Below, one piece after another: positions 37,395-49,500 of a DNA stretch of 64,000 nucleotides. The position numbers and the translations under genes are program-made. Each line of letters opens with the position of its first letter. Position 1 is the first letter of the stretch. The notes beneath the pieces are model-generated. The model was not told the origin of the DNA. It saw only the letters and a list, made by a program, of their open reading frames with translations, and did no database searches. This DNA is from Octopus sinensis (Eukaryota): NCBI RefSeq assembly GCF_006345805.1, contig NW_021832533.1, positions 186,001-250,000 of the forward strand. Reading direction: 5' to 3'.

Positions 37395-37637
37395 TGGCAG
37401 AGATAGCGACAGATAATCGACTTTATTGCACACTAAAAAGAAAGGAAGGCTACTCAGTGCCTCCTTGTAGTCCTCCAACTGACACTTTCAGTCGTGGACT
37501 CTGAAATAGCCAGATTATGACTCAGTGATGATAGACTGCGCGGTAAGGAAACCCTCGCCAAACGGAAATAGCCAGTCTAGATCACGCTTTATTGCATACG
37601 ACGTCCAGCACAAAACTGAAAATTCTAGTTTACGACA
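37395..37637 (-). repeat. Possible LTR remnant
   Basis: Minus strand starts TGTCGTAAAC, contains AATAAA twice, ends ...CTCTGCCA followed by aatTGGCA (PBS-like); no TSD found. Confidence 0.35.
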
Positions 37638-38167
37638 AATATGAGCTTCTTTTCTGAGCTCCATTGACAATATTGATATATTTTCTGTCAATGAACGACT
37701 GATGATTAGTAAAAAATGCAGTATCTAATGATTTGTTGGAGGTTCTGGTAGATACTACAATAAATACCAAATTGTCAAAAACAATGTTGGAAACACGAAT
37801 GAGTAATTATTGAAGAAAGTTATAGGCTGGAAGATGTATTAGTACAATGTGCTTTCCACCGAATTATTATTGAATAACCTCACAAATTTTCTTATTTACA
37901 GATATCTTATGAATAATATTGAGTTAGCCAATTTTTGTTCAATTTATAAATGATTTATTTACGGATTTTATGGAAGTATCCAGTCATTACTCGAAATGCT
38001 TCAGAGGTAAAATATTTATACAATCCGAATAAAAAAAATTTTTGTTGTCATTACGCCTTGGAATATATGTGTAAAGTAATATATATTAACAAAAACAGTT
38101 AAAAAAATATATCAATTAAATGTCTAACCAATGAGTTATTCACAATAAAATATGACCTATATTTAGA

Positions 38168-38912
38168 ATGGTTCCACTTGTTCTACTTTTTGTTCGTTCT
38201 GTGATCCAAAACGACTGTAACCTAGCAGAACGGGTTTCGGGAAATTTTAATAGAACTGAATTACAAAACTGTACATTTAATACAGAACACGTTTTGACAC
38301 ATACAGAACACCTTCTAATTCGAGATTACGTTGAATTTCGAAATGGAGAAATATTTTCGAATTTACCCAACTTGATATCATTGTAATAACATTTCATTAT
38401 TACCAGTGAGTGTCGAGGAAACTCGTTAACGAGAATACTAAACAACTCATTTTATAGAGTGATTGACTTATTCTGGATGTACATTCAAATATTTTAAATT
38501 ACTAGAAAACTTACTTTATGCAGTAATCTTCGTTACATTGATGTAAATGCCTTTGCAAGTCTACACACCTTAACATATCTGTACAAATCCTATTTTTACA
38601 TTAAAGTTATATGCCACCAAATTTTATTTTTCTGCCACCAAAAATCATTAGTTCGCCCAAACTTCAGTATTTTACATTACTGACTGTGTAGTATTACTAA
38701 TAGAACGAAAATGTGCATATACACGCCTTCATCAGTGCAACCCACTATGTATACTTTATTATTCTTATATAAGGATTACAAAAGTGACTAATGAACTAGG
38801 TTTTCTGTCCATTGAATTAGACACCAAAAGTGTAGAAAAGTCTACAAATCAAGTTAATGGAGTAATACTAATCACACCACAAGCATATGGTGTGTTTGTT
38901 TACTCACAATAG
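38168..38912 (+). CDS. Small leucine-rich-repeat protein, copy 1 (possibly secreted)
   Basis: Phase-2 introns 38383-38406, 38479-38505, 38581-38606 flank a 72-nt and a 75-nt exon encoding LRRs (e.g. NLRYIDVNAFASLHTLTYL); hydrophobic N-terminus; start uncertain. Confidence 0.7.
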
Positions 38913-39419
38913 ATTGCAACCGCTGCCGATACCCTAATCCCAGCAATCTTCTATGCACAGAAGATTGTGCTTAAATTAAAAATTTCGGTGTTCTAATTTA
39001 CTAACCTGATTATTTGTTCCAATTTTTCTTTGTTCCACTTTTTAGCTCTATTAGTGTTAGATGCGCAAGTCCCGTTGGCCAATACAAACAGTCTCAGCTT
39101 CTGAAGATAATGACGATGACTCAGATAAGCAAACAGAGCCAGAAAATATAGAGAAATTACTACGCACAAATGTTCCAAAAATGCTAAATCTGCCACTTTG
39201 TTTGCATTCAAGACCCTGCATTACTCGATCCCGTCGACAGACTGATCTATCCAAAAAATAAAACGATTGCTAAATCGAGGCTAAAAACGAGGCAATCCTT
39301 ATTGACAAATTTTTATTAATTTCACTTTGTCGTTATAAGTAAATAGATTTAGGAAAAATAGTCAAAAATGAACATTTTATTGAACTGCAGAACACACAGG
39401 TGGCTAAGTCTGGCCAGGA

Positions 39420-40360
39420 CCTGTTAGATGAGGGAAATGGAGGAAGCCAAGATCAAGCAGGAGGCTCAGATGGACCTTCTGACCCGCAGGGACAATCAAT
39501 TGCGGTTTCAGAAGAACGAAGCAGTAACGCTCGCGATGTTCCTAAAATAAATTTACGAGTTTTACCAAATTGCCTTTTTAGCTTTCTCTTCGCTCGCATC
39601 CATGTGTTCTCAATATTTGGAGTATGGATGGAGCGGTCCAAAGGGTCAACAAAATGTTCGTAGTGATTTATCACAGGATGTGAATAAATCCCTCCTCCAA
39701 TGTGCACAATCCCACTATAGGCTGCCCAACCATCAGTAATAATATGGGTGCCGGGAAGTACGCGTCGAACGATAACTTCATTGAGTGTTTCCGCTGTCCT
39801 GTCTAAAGGATAAATGGAAAAAAGAACCTGCAACTTCTTCAAAAAAGCACTTTCTAGTTTCCCTGTCTATTCCACCCAATACCCAATGGCCTGGTCGCCA
39901 ATGACCTCGATGGTACTTTCTGTTAAAAAATTTGCACTCGTCGATTTCCACTATCGACTCTTCTAAAAATTAAATGAATTACGTAATGTATCTTCATTAA
40001 CCACGAGTCCCCCAAGTTTAATAGGAGCATTTGCAAGAGACACCGTAATAAGTTCTCTGCAAAAGTTCGTCCAATCTGTAATCGTATTTTGCGAAATTTC
40101 TAGTTCGTACGAGATGAGATTTCCTGGGTAATTTAATGCCCACATATACGTAAGCATCAAAATTTTCGCTAACGGTAAATGACTTCCTAAAATTAGTTTA
40201 AGGATGACTTACTGGAAAACCAGCTGTTCGTTCTTATACTGCATAACCAAATTGCGTTGTCCACGTTATCGCCGAAGAGCCTGTTTAGAGACGAAAACCG
40301 GTTATATTCCTGCATTATTTGCTCATCAAACTTGATTGCAGCCGCATCAACAATAGACAA
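39420..40360 (-). mobile_element. Merlin/ISXO2-like transposase remnant
   Basis: VEIDE...RKYHRG, RTAETL...VLPGTHIITDGWAAY, VNH-like VINHYEHFVDP, HTPNIENTWMRAK; frameshifted. Confidence 0.85.
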
Positions 40361-40997
40361 ACCTATTTAAATAAAATTAACTTAAATTAATAAAAAATGA
40401 AAAAATAATTAAAATCTATTGCTTATACGTCGAGATTTATACCATGCCTAAAATTGGAGATTACCTCAGAACGTACCCTGAAGAGTTATACTTGGAAGAC
40501 CTCGATGGAGTCATATTAGAACGGACTATACATTTGAAACAACTCGAAGAAACTGTCCAAAATGTCCCCTAATCCTGCAGATCTCAAACGAGGAGGAGAC
40601 GATGAGAACTCTCAAGTCGAGTCTCAATGGAACACGACTACGACCTAATCGTGGCTCAAAATGAAGACCGTGTCTCACAATTCACCAAATCATTCACCCA
40701 ACTGGAAATTCTTCAATTTATTAACTTGGACGTTAAAGAAACGAGTTAAAAACGACTGGAAATTAGACTAGAAAACAGCGAATGTGACCTAAAAGTACAA
40801 GATGTAACAAAATCAAGGCAAAAAACGTGAACCTGGCCAACTCTCGACAGGCACACGAGGACATTCTCCTCAGAATAGAGAAGGAGACCTCAAAACTGGG
40901 AGATCTCCAGTCGAAAGTATCCCTAAAAGAGGAGGAGTTGACAGTTCTGGAGTCAGAAAGAAAAGAAGGTGAGAGAGAAATGCAAGAATTAATGGTA

Positions 40998-42507
40998 CAG
41001 TGAATACTCCCAAATTGCCATTTTTGGTTCCGTCATTTTTGCGACGAATTTGAGAAATGGCGAATTTCAGAATATAATCAATAATTTTTGAATGCGAGTA
41101 GAACTGTTTAATAATTCGAAAATAGCCAAAATTGACGTAATTGAAAAAATTAATTTTATTTTAAAAAAGAATTATGCTTTTTATCAAAGTAATATTCCAG
41201 TCCCGTTTGTTTTCTCTTTATATTTTGATTTTTTTCCTCAAATCTTCGAATTGAAATAATTAGACGCACATCTTCGTTTTCGACAATTTCGATTAGTGAT
41301 TTCTCAATTTCTCTTAATTTTACACCAATCTCATTTCTAGTGAAATGAACTATTGTTTGTTCATTTAAAGGACAATTTTTATCTGCAGATTGTTTTTCAG
41401 GATCTTCATTATCGAAATTACTTTCTTCGCTAATTGCAAATTTTTTTTATAAGCGAATTAAATTGCATTTTCTTCTAAATAATTTATAGAAATGAATTCT
41501 TCAATTTGAATAGGATCATAAATATCTGTTTTAATTATCAATTCATCAATTAAATTTTTATCTGTAAATTGTTCATCAAAATCTATTTTTTTCAGTTTTT
41601 TGAAGTAATTTTCAATAGTTTTTGAGCATACGTTTTCCCAAGACATTTTTATAAAAAAAACAGTGTCCTTAAGATTTAAATGTTTATAGGATTCATAAAC
41701 CGAAACTTTGTCAGTTTCCAAAATTTTAGTGAGATAAAATAATTGGTGCCTATTAAAGTGCACTTTAAATGTTTTGATAATTCCCAAGTCCATTGGTTGA
41801 ATTATTCTTGTTGCATTTTTAGGAAAGAACATAATTTTTATATTTTCAAGATGACAAGATATACAATGAGAAGTACAATTACCGATCAAAATCAAAATTG
41901 ACTTTTTTCCTTCGTCAAAAAGTTGTCAAAATTAATCAGCCATTTACTAAAAATTGGCCCGTCATCCAAGCCCTTTTTGAACTGTAATATGAAACAGAGC
42001 ATTGATAGTCGTAATTTTTGAAACATCTTGGCATCTTTGAGTTTCTAATTAAAACAGGCTTTAGTTTGTTATTATTTGCACACAACATTACAGATACCCG
42101 ATCCTTAAAATCTTTATATCGTCCAAACTGAGTCTTGCAAATACTTTTAGGTGGAATTAGTTTGTAGAAAATCCCTGTTTCATCAAGGTTATAAATTTCA
42201 TCGAGAGTATAGGACTTGGATAAATTTTGAAATTCATTTAAAAATCCTTCGATGTTAACTTTTTTTATCCGTTTTCATCTGCCCGTGCAATTTTCTCAGA
42301 CGGAATTCATGCCTTTTTTAACTTGAACAAGAACTTTTTAAAAATGTATTATTTATCCATATTTTTTTATTTTTTATCTAAAAATTTTAAAAAATTGTGG
42401 CGAATTTTAGAATTGGCGAATTTCCATTGAAACTAGAATTTTTTTTTAAAAAAGGCGAATCTAAGAATTGGCGAATCTAAGAATGGCGAATTTTGGGGTA
42501 TTCACTG
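40998..42507 (-). mobile_element. pogo/Tigger-like DNA transposon (internally deleted)
   Basis: TIRs CAGTGAATACTCCCAAATT / CAGTGAATACCCCAAAATT with TA on both flanks; DDE_1 motifs YNLDETG, FFPKNATRIIQPMDLGIIKTFK. Confidence 0.9.
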
Positions 42508-42539
42508 TATATATAAAAACACGCTAATTGGACCAACTA

Positions 42540-45448
42540 TACCATTTACAAGTCAATTTTGCAGCCTAGAACATCATTTTTGCAATCTGGAAATTAAATT
42601 TTCAGTCAAGAATGTCAATTTTGCATGTAAGAAATCCGGTTTGCGGTTAGGAAAATCATTTTTGCAAATAGTAAATGAATCAAGAAATTAAATTTGCGGT
42701 CATGAAAACCAATTTTGCAAGTGAGAAATTCTATTTTGCAAGAAATTTTTATTACAAAAAAGATTTGTCAGTTAAATCTTCACATCGAATAACTGAGGGA
42801 TAATATCTCTCCACATGATTCAAGAATTCCATTAACTTTTGTGGAGTTAATACTTCTTTTGCCTCAATTGTAATCCTTTCCAAGATTCTCATTCTGAATT
42901 CGGTTATTGACAGTCCCTCTGCAGTTTTTTTATAATTTATAATTATATCCATATTTCACGAATTCTTTTCTTTACTTCAGCTTTGAATGAACTCCAAGCA
43001 AGTTCTATTTGGTTGATTAAATAAGAATATGGCGCTAGTCTTAATAATTCACTTTTTTCTCCTGAATTTATTACAGACTCAAGTTGACTGTGAATAGGAG
43101 CATTATCAATTACGAATGTTGGATGTGTAGCTCCTGATTCATCACATTCATTAATAAGTTGCTTAAACCATGTTTTACAGGACTCCCCTGTATATGAGCC
43201 TCTTCTGCACTTAAAATTATATATTTGTGACGATGACATTACAGCTATACAATGTAAATTTGATCCTCTGCTACTAGGTGCAAGAACAATAGACCGACAT
43301 CCAATTTTTGAACGTCCTTCTTTACAACGACAAAATAAATTAAAATTTGACTCATCTATCCAAATTATAGTTCTTCCTTTAGATCTCGCATTCAAAAGAC
43401 GTGTTAAATACTCCATTCTTTTTATTTTATTTTCCTCTGTATTCGTGTTAATTGTGATTGGCTGAATTGATTTCAATGAAATTAATTGTCCATCAAGCCA
43501 AAGACCTCTTTCTTTCACTCCCAAAGACCTGCATAAAGAGCGCCAATCTCCATCTCTATGTGTGTGTCTATGATCAATTTCCGCTTTTCCATTGAATATT
43601 TTCCGTAATGTCCTCTTCCTTGTCTGTTTATGCAAATGTCTTCTGTACCATTTTCTTGTGAATTTTCGGAGGCTTCTCGATTTTGTGCCATTTTTAATTT
43701 AATTTTAAACGTAAAAATACTTGATATACACTCCATGTAATAAAAAACCGGATTTTCAAGTTTGCATGTTTTTACTAGTATTTTTTTAAATGTATATCAA
43801 TTTTTAAATTACTTTTCAGCAATCGTTTGTTGTATCTTTTTACTATTTTTAAAATTATAATGTATATTTGAATAATTGATCTTGATAAAATCTTAGCGTG
43901 TATTAAAAAACCGGATTTTTTTGATTAGTCTGTTGCTAAGCCAATTTTTAGGTATTTGAAAAAAATGCTTGATAAAATCACTAAAGGAAAGATTCTAGCT
44001 CTCATTCAATTAAATTGGACACAAAAGAAGATTGTTGAGGAGCTGAATATTCCAACTTCGATTCTCAATGATTTTCTGAATAAGTTAAATAAAAAAGGGA
44101 CTGTTGATCGTATACCTGATTCTGGAAGACCCAAAAAGCTCTCTAACTCAGATATTTGTAAACTTGTCAACATTGTGAAAGAAAATCCAAAAAAAACACT
44201 GGCCAACCTGAAAGAAGAAGTCTTTGATTTTACAGGAAAAGTTGTCTGCAAAAAACAATAAGCAATTATCTACATGAAAATCATTACAAAGCATGTGTGT
44301 GTAAAAGAAAACCTTTTTTATCAAAAAAAATAGTGAAAAACAATACGAGCTTTCAATAATCTTTCTGCAATAAGCAATGAAACGTGGAGAACTGTTATAT
44401 AGAGTGACGAGGCTTCCTTTGAAATTTTTTCATCTAAAAAAAGAACATTTTGCTTTAGAAAAAAAATAAAGCCTTAAATTATGCCCATTTAACGCCAACT
44501 TTGAAGTTTGGTGGTGGAAGAATTATGGTATGGGGTTGTATTCTATAGGAAAGGGGAGGGAATGGTTATAGTAATGAAAAAATAAATTCTGCTGTATATA
44601 TCAACATTTTAATAAATAATTTGTGGAAATCGCAGATAAAATGGGCTAAATCGTTTTATTTTCCAACAAGATTTCGCCCCCTGTCATAATTCCAGAGAAC
44701 AAAACAATTTTTGGATGAGAAAAAAATTGAATTATTAAATTGGGCACCGCAATCACCAGATTTGAACCCAATTGAACATGTGTGGAGCTACATAAAGGAA
44801 GAATTGAGTAAAAAAATGCTGATAGTAGTAAAAAGGATTTATGCAAAAATATTATAAAAATTTGGGACGAAATACCAATGGAATTAGTGAGAAAATTAAC
44901 TGAAAACATGGCAAGAAGAAGCATTGAGCTTTATAAGGCACATGGAGGACACATTAATAATTAATCATTTGACTTTTTGTCTAATCCGGTTTTTTTTTAC
45001 ACAGAAAAAATTTAATATAGTCAGTTTAGCTGTACAAAAAGATTATTGAAAAATTATAAAAAGAAAGTTACGAAGATTATCATTATAAATTAAATAAAAG
45101 TCTAAAATTAAAAACAGAATATCAAAAAAATTAAGCATTCGAAAATCCGGTTTTTATTACATGGGGTGTATATTGTTTAAACGCATTAATGTTGCGTCAA
45201 GGTTATACAAAATGAATTTGCAAAATTAAATTTCCTACTTGCTAAATTAATATTCCTACTAGCAAAATTGATTTTCCTACCCGCAAATTAAATTTCCCAC
45301 TTGCAAAACCGATTTTCATGACCGCAAATTAATTTTCTTGATTGCAAAATTGACTTTCTTAACCGCAAAAATCATTTCTTACTTGCAGAAATGAGTTTAC
45401 TGACCGCAAATTAAATTTCGTACATGCAAAATAGAGTTGTAAATGGTA
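42540..45448 (-). mobile_element. IS630/Tc1-superfamily (DDE_3) element with long repeat-rich inverted ends
   Basis: Termini TACCATTTACAA / TTGTAAATGGTA flanked by TA; ~200-bp subterminal arrays of (a)ttttgca units in inverted orientation; transposase ~42752-43691 with WIDESNF, IDNAPIH, LAPYSYLINQIELAWS. Confidence 0.85.
43729..45168 (+). mobile_element. Tc1-like element nested in the IS630-like element
   Basis: TIRs CACTCCATGTAATAAAAAACCGGATTTTC / CACCCCATGTAATAAAAACCGGATTTTC, TA TSD; transposase remnants SGRPKKL, SDEASF, FQQDFAPCH, QSPDLNPIEHVW. Confidence 0.92.
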
Positions 45449-45951
45449 TAGTTAAAGGCATAGATCACACTCTTGTTAGGTGGTCATTAACTGGCTAGCA
45501 AAGATAGGTTACCCTGATTGTGGGTTTCTTCTTGTGACTAAGAGTTTCCAAAGAGAAAGACCCAATTCATCCGAGAACATTAAACGCTGTGGAACATACT
45601 AAATGACCATGGTTTATTTTACAGGTCCACTCTTTGACTTTGCCGACACTCAGTAGACTTGGTTTCCTGGGGTTGTCATGTTGAGTAATATGACAGATTG
45701 ATGTGTTTGAGGGAGTGTGTGGACAATATGTTCCCCCCAATTGAGTACAACAGAAGTAGGGTCAATTAATTCCCTTGGTTAAGCGCAACAAATCGCAGTT
45801 CTTCTTTGGTTAGGTGACCACTATCTCACAATGTAAGGTAGATTAGTGACCTTTATTTGTGCCTTTTCGCAAGCCATGTTTTACTGGTGTAAACGTATTT
45901 CACTACATTAAGCAAAGAGTTTAGAGCTTAATTTAGTCAGCAATGCCAATT

Positions 45952-46181
45952 TGGCAGAGATAGCGACAGATAATCGACTTTATTGCACACTAAAAAGAAA
46001 AAAGGCGACTCAGTGCCTCCTTGTAGTCCTCCAACTGACACTTTCTGTCGTGGACTCTGAAATAGCCAGACTATGACTCGATGATGATAGACTGCGCTGT
46101 AAGGAACGGAAATAGCCAGTCTAGATCACGCTTTATTGCATACGACGTCCAGCACGAAACTAAAAATTCTAGTTTACGACA
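45952..46181 (-). repeat. Possible LTR remnant (second copy)
   Basis: Paralogous to 37395-37637; followed on minus strand by a short gag-like peptide (LTKEELRFVALNQG); weak. Confidence 0.35.
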
Positions 46182-46580
46182 AATATAAGCTCCTTTTCTG
46201 TGATCAATTGACAATATTGATATATTTTCTGTCAATGAACGACTGATGATTAGTGAAAAATGCAGTATCTAATGATTTGTTGGAGGTTCTCGTAGATACT
46301 ACAATAAATAGTTAAGTTTGATCGGAAACACGAATGAGTAATTATTGAAAAAAGTTATAGGCTGGAAGATGTATTAGTGCAATGTACTTTTCACCGAATT
46401 ATTATTGCATAACCTCACAAATTTTCTTATTTACAGATATCTTATGAATAACTAGCTCAGCAGTTCGCTTCGCTCACTGCGAGCTAGCTCCTGCGGAGGC
46501 CCTGCTCGCTACGCTCGCAGTTTCCTTAAATAACTATAAATTTATGTAGATATATAAATGCGACCTGCTTTGATATAACC

Positions 46581-49500
46581 TTATTCTAAGGCCTGTGGAT
46601 AAACGATGTTTGCAGTCCGTCCATCCTTGGCAAATATAAATAAATTTTCTCTTCTACCTACCCTTGAGCACCCCACATACAGCTGGCCATGTGAAAAGCA
46701 CTCGTTCTCTAAAAATAAGCCTACTACCTTTAAAGACTGTCCCTGGGCCTTGTTTATTGTCATAGCAAAACTTATCTTCAGCGGAAATTGTAGTCTCTTA
46801 AATCTAAAAGGTAATTCTTCCGAAATCAGAGGTATTCGTGGGATATAAACATCCTCACCTCTGTAATTACCTGTTAATATTGTCGCTTCTATTACGTTAG
46901 CCATCAAATTCTTGATAACCAACCTTGTACCATTGCATAATTTAGGTGGCGCAAGATTGCGGAGTAACACAACCGGTACACCTATTTTTAATTTCAATAG
47001 ATGATTCGGCATTCCAGATGGATCTAAGGAATTTAAAAATTCTACAGGATATTCGCAGGCCCTTTCATGGTCCATAATAACGTCGACCGATTTATATATT
47101 CTTTCTCTGCCAGGGATTTTCATTAATAAATCTAAATTTATATTAAGTACCTCATCATTAAGTGGAGCTAATATAGCTCGTTCACGCAGCCAGTCGAAAT
47201 TCACGTAGTGTTCAGATAGTTCGGAATAGACGGCATTCAATAATTCTTCTGCTGTTTCTACGAAAATACATAATTCTTCCGGTAGCCTAATTTTCTGGTC
47301 TTGCATTTCTGAAGTGATTGCCCCATTTCCAATATCTAGAAGGATTTGTGGGAATATGCTATTAACGCCTTGTAAATGTGCACGTACATTTACATCTAAG
47401 CTTACCTTTTTCACGTGTGTCCACAAATATGACGATTTGAGGCAGGCATTCAATTCATCCGCAGGCGTCCCTCTTTGAATAATTGGCAGCGTCTGTCTAA
47501 AATCACCTGCCAATACAACTATTGCTCCCCCAAATAAATGGTCGCTACAATTCTTGATATCTCTATATGTTCGATCAACTGCTTCGAATGCGCCTTTATG
47601 AGCCATCGTACATTCATCCCAAACAATTAACCTAGAATGCATAATTCTATTACCCGTAGTTGAATTTTTTTTACATTACAAACCGGTTCAGTAGTATATG
47701 AGAGATTCAACGGAATGTTGAATGTCGAATGTGCGGTTCGACCGCCATCTAAAAGAGTTGCAGCAATTCCAGAAGATGCAACTGCTAAAGCTAGTTTATT
47801 TTCGCTTCTGACCTTAGCTAATAATAGATTTAGAAGATAGGTCTTACCTGTTCCACCCGGTGCATCAATAAAAATGATAGAACCGTTTTCTTCTTGGATG
47901 ACTCGATTAATTTCTCTGTATACCTCCAACTGGCCAGTGGTTAAGCTTTGTCTCTTTCTTCCACTATTGTTCGAAGTTCTTCTAAATTATAATGCTCATC
48001 AAATGAATTAATATTATGAATATCGCTGATTATAAAACCAAATTCACCTATACTCTTACCAACGATAGATATTAGCAATCTATCTATCATGATTAATCCA
48101 ATGTTGAAAATCTCTGCATCGAAACTCAATCTATTCTTCTCTCTTAATATATCTTCACACATGCTTTCTCGGTGACCTTCCCACAGTTGTTGTGGATTTG
48201 CTAACCCACAATGGGCTAGCATCAAAGTAAATAAATACCTTAGTCGCGATGGGGAATCTGCAAGTTCAGCTTCTGTTAAAGTCTGATTCCAGTGATTATC
48301 ATCCTCTAAAAGACCTAATTTAAAACAGGCTTCTCTGTATGTTTCGCAGAGTACTCCATCTACAGTCCGTAGATCAGTGAAAGATTCTGGCCCTCGTACG
48401 GTGTGCAAAAGTAACCTAACACAATAACATTCAAAATTATTTGGATGCACTGTATATACTCTACCCAATGCATCTGCACTTACAATTCCTGAATGTCCAT
48501 TTACTGGATTTCCTCTTATCCTTCTCTTAAATCTCTTCCCCGCGACATCCCATGTATAATATCTAGGAACATCAACATAATATATAGTCTTTGCAAATTG
48601 ATCTGTACGACATAATTCGAAGAATGCCATCAGAGTTGAATTTCTTGCATTTGTAACTTGATTGCGTGCATTCTGCTCTGTGAAATAAATTCTTTGCCCA
48701 TTTTCCAGGTGAACCCCTAAATGCATAACCAATGGATATCTTTCATGAATCGGATATCCAAAAATTCTCCATGCTCCTTCATTACTGCAGATATAGCGTC
48801 CATGTTGATAAAAAGTTGGCTCATCACGTTGCTCTATTGAAAAGATTGCCTGATCTGACCCTTTATTAATGTACTTACATACATATTTAATTGATCTAAT
48901 TGAATTACAAAATTCCACATTGATATGTGCATCAAAAATCTTACTTAATAGTGGATTATAAGGCACTATCCATCTGTTATCAACTGTTATTTCATTTTCT
49001 TTTCCTTCGTGGAGGGTTGCAGTATATCCTCCTTCAGCTGCTCCCCTTCTCTGGTAAAATGGAAATCCATTTTCACCTGTTTGCGTGTTAATTATTAAGT
49101 TTTTTGGGTACCCTTTAGAACACTTACCATCTTGCATACACGGTGATGATCTGTTATATATGCCACACGGACCATGTATCATATTTCTTTTGATGATCTC
49201 GTATAATTCTCTATCTTCATTTGGATTTGGCAATTCTGCCCGTATGCAATCGTCTATCTCTGTAGGCCTAATTTTAGTTACTAACCATACTAATATATGT
49301 ATATGTGGTAACCTCTTTTTGCCACTCTACTGTATACATGTGGCATCTTGTCTTCCCAAAAATCTGTCCCTTGCATAGAAGATCAATCATCTTATCGACT
49401 TTTTGTTTAAAAACACGTGCTATGATGTCTTGTCTATACTCGACCTTTTGTCCTACAAATATGTTATCACTAATTTCTGGCCATTTCGGATTACACGTAA

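Larger units (their letters stand above)
37329..39060 (+). repeat. Duplicated segment (paralogous to 45449-46451 + 61363-62530)
   Basis: Colinear high similarity; second copy is split by the Helitron exactly at gaataa|tattgagttagcc (37916/37917). Confidence 0.9.

Noticed and set aside
37113-37434. 40-bp direct repeat as a TSD or complete TRIM element
   Set aside because: Too long for a TSD, the second LTR-like copy is truncated and no flanking TSD was found; kept only as a possible LTR remnant.
40443-40997. Coiled-coil-like coding remnant before the Tigger element
   Set aside because: Multiple stops with no convincing splice model or homology; may be a pseudogene but is unsupported.
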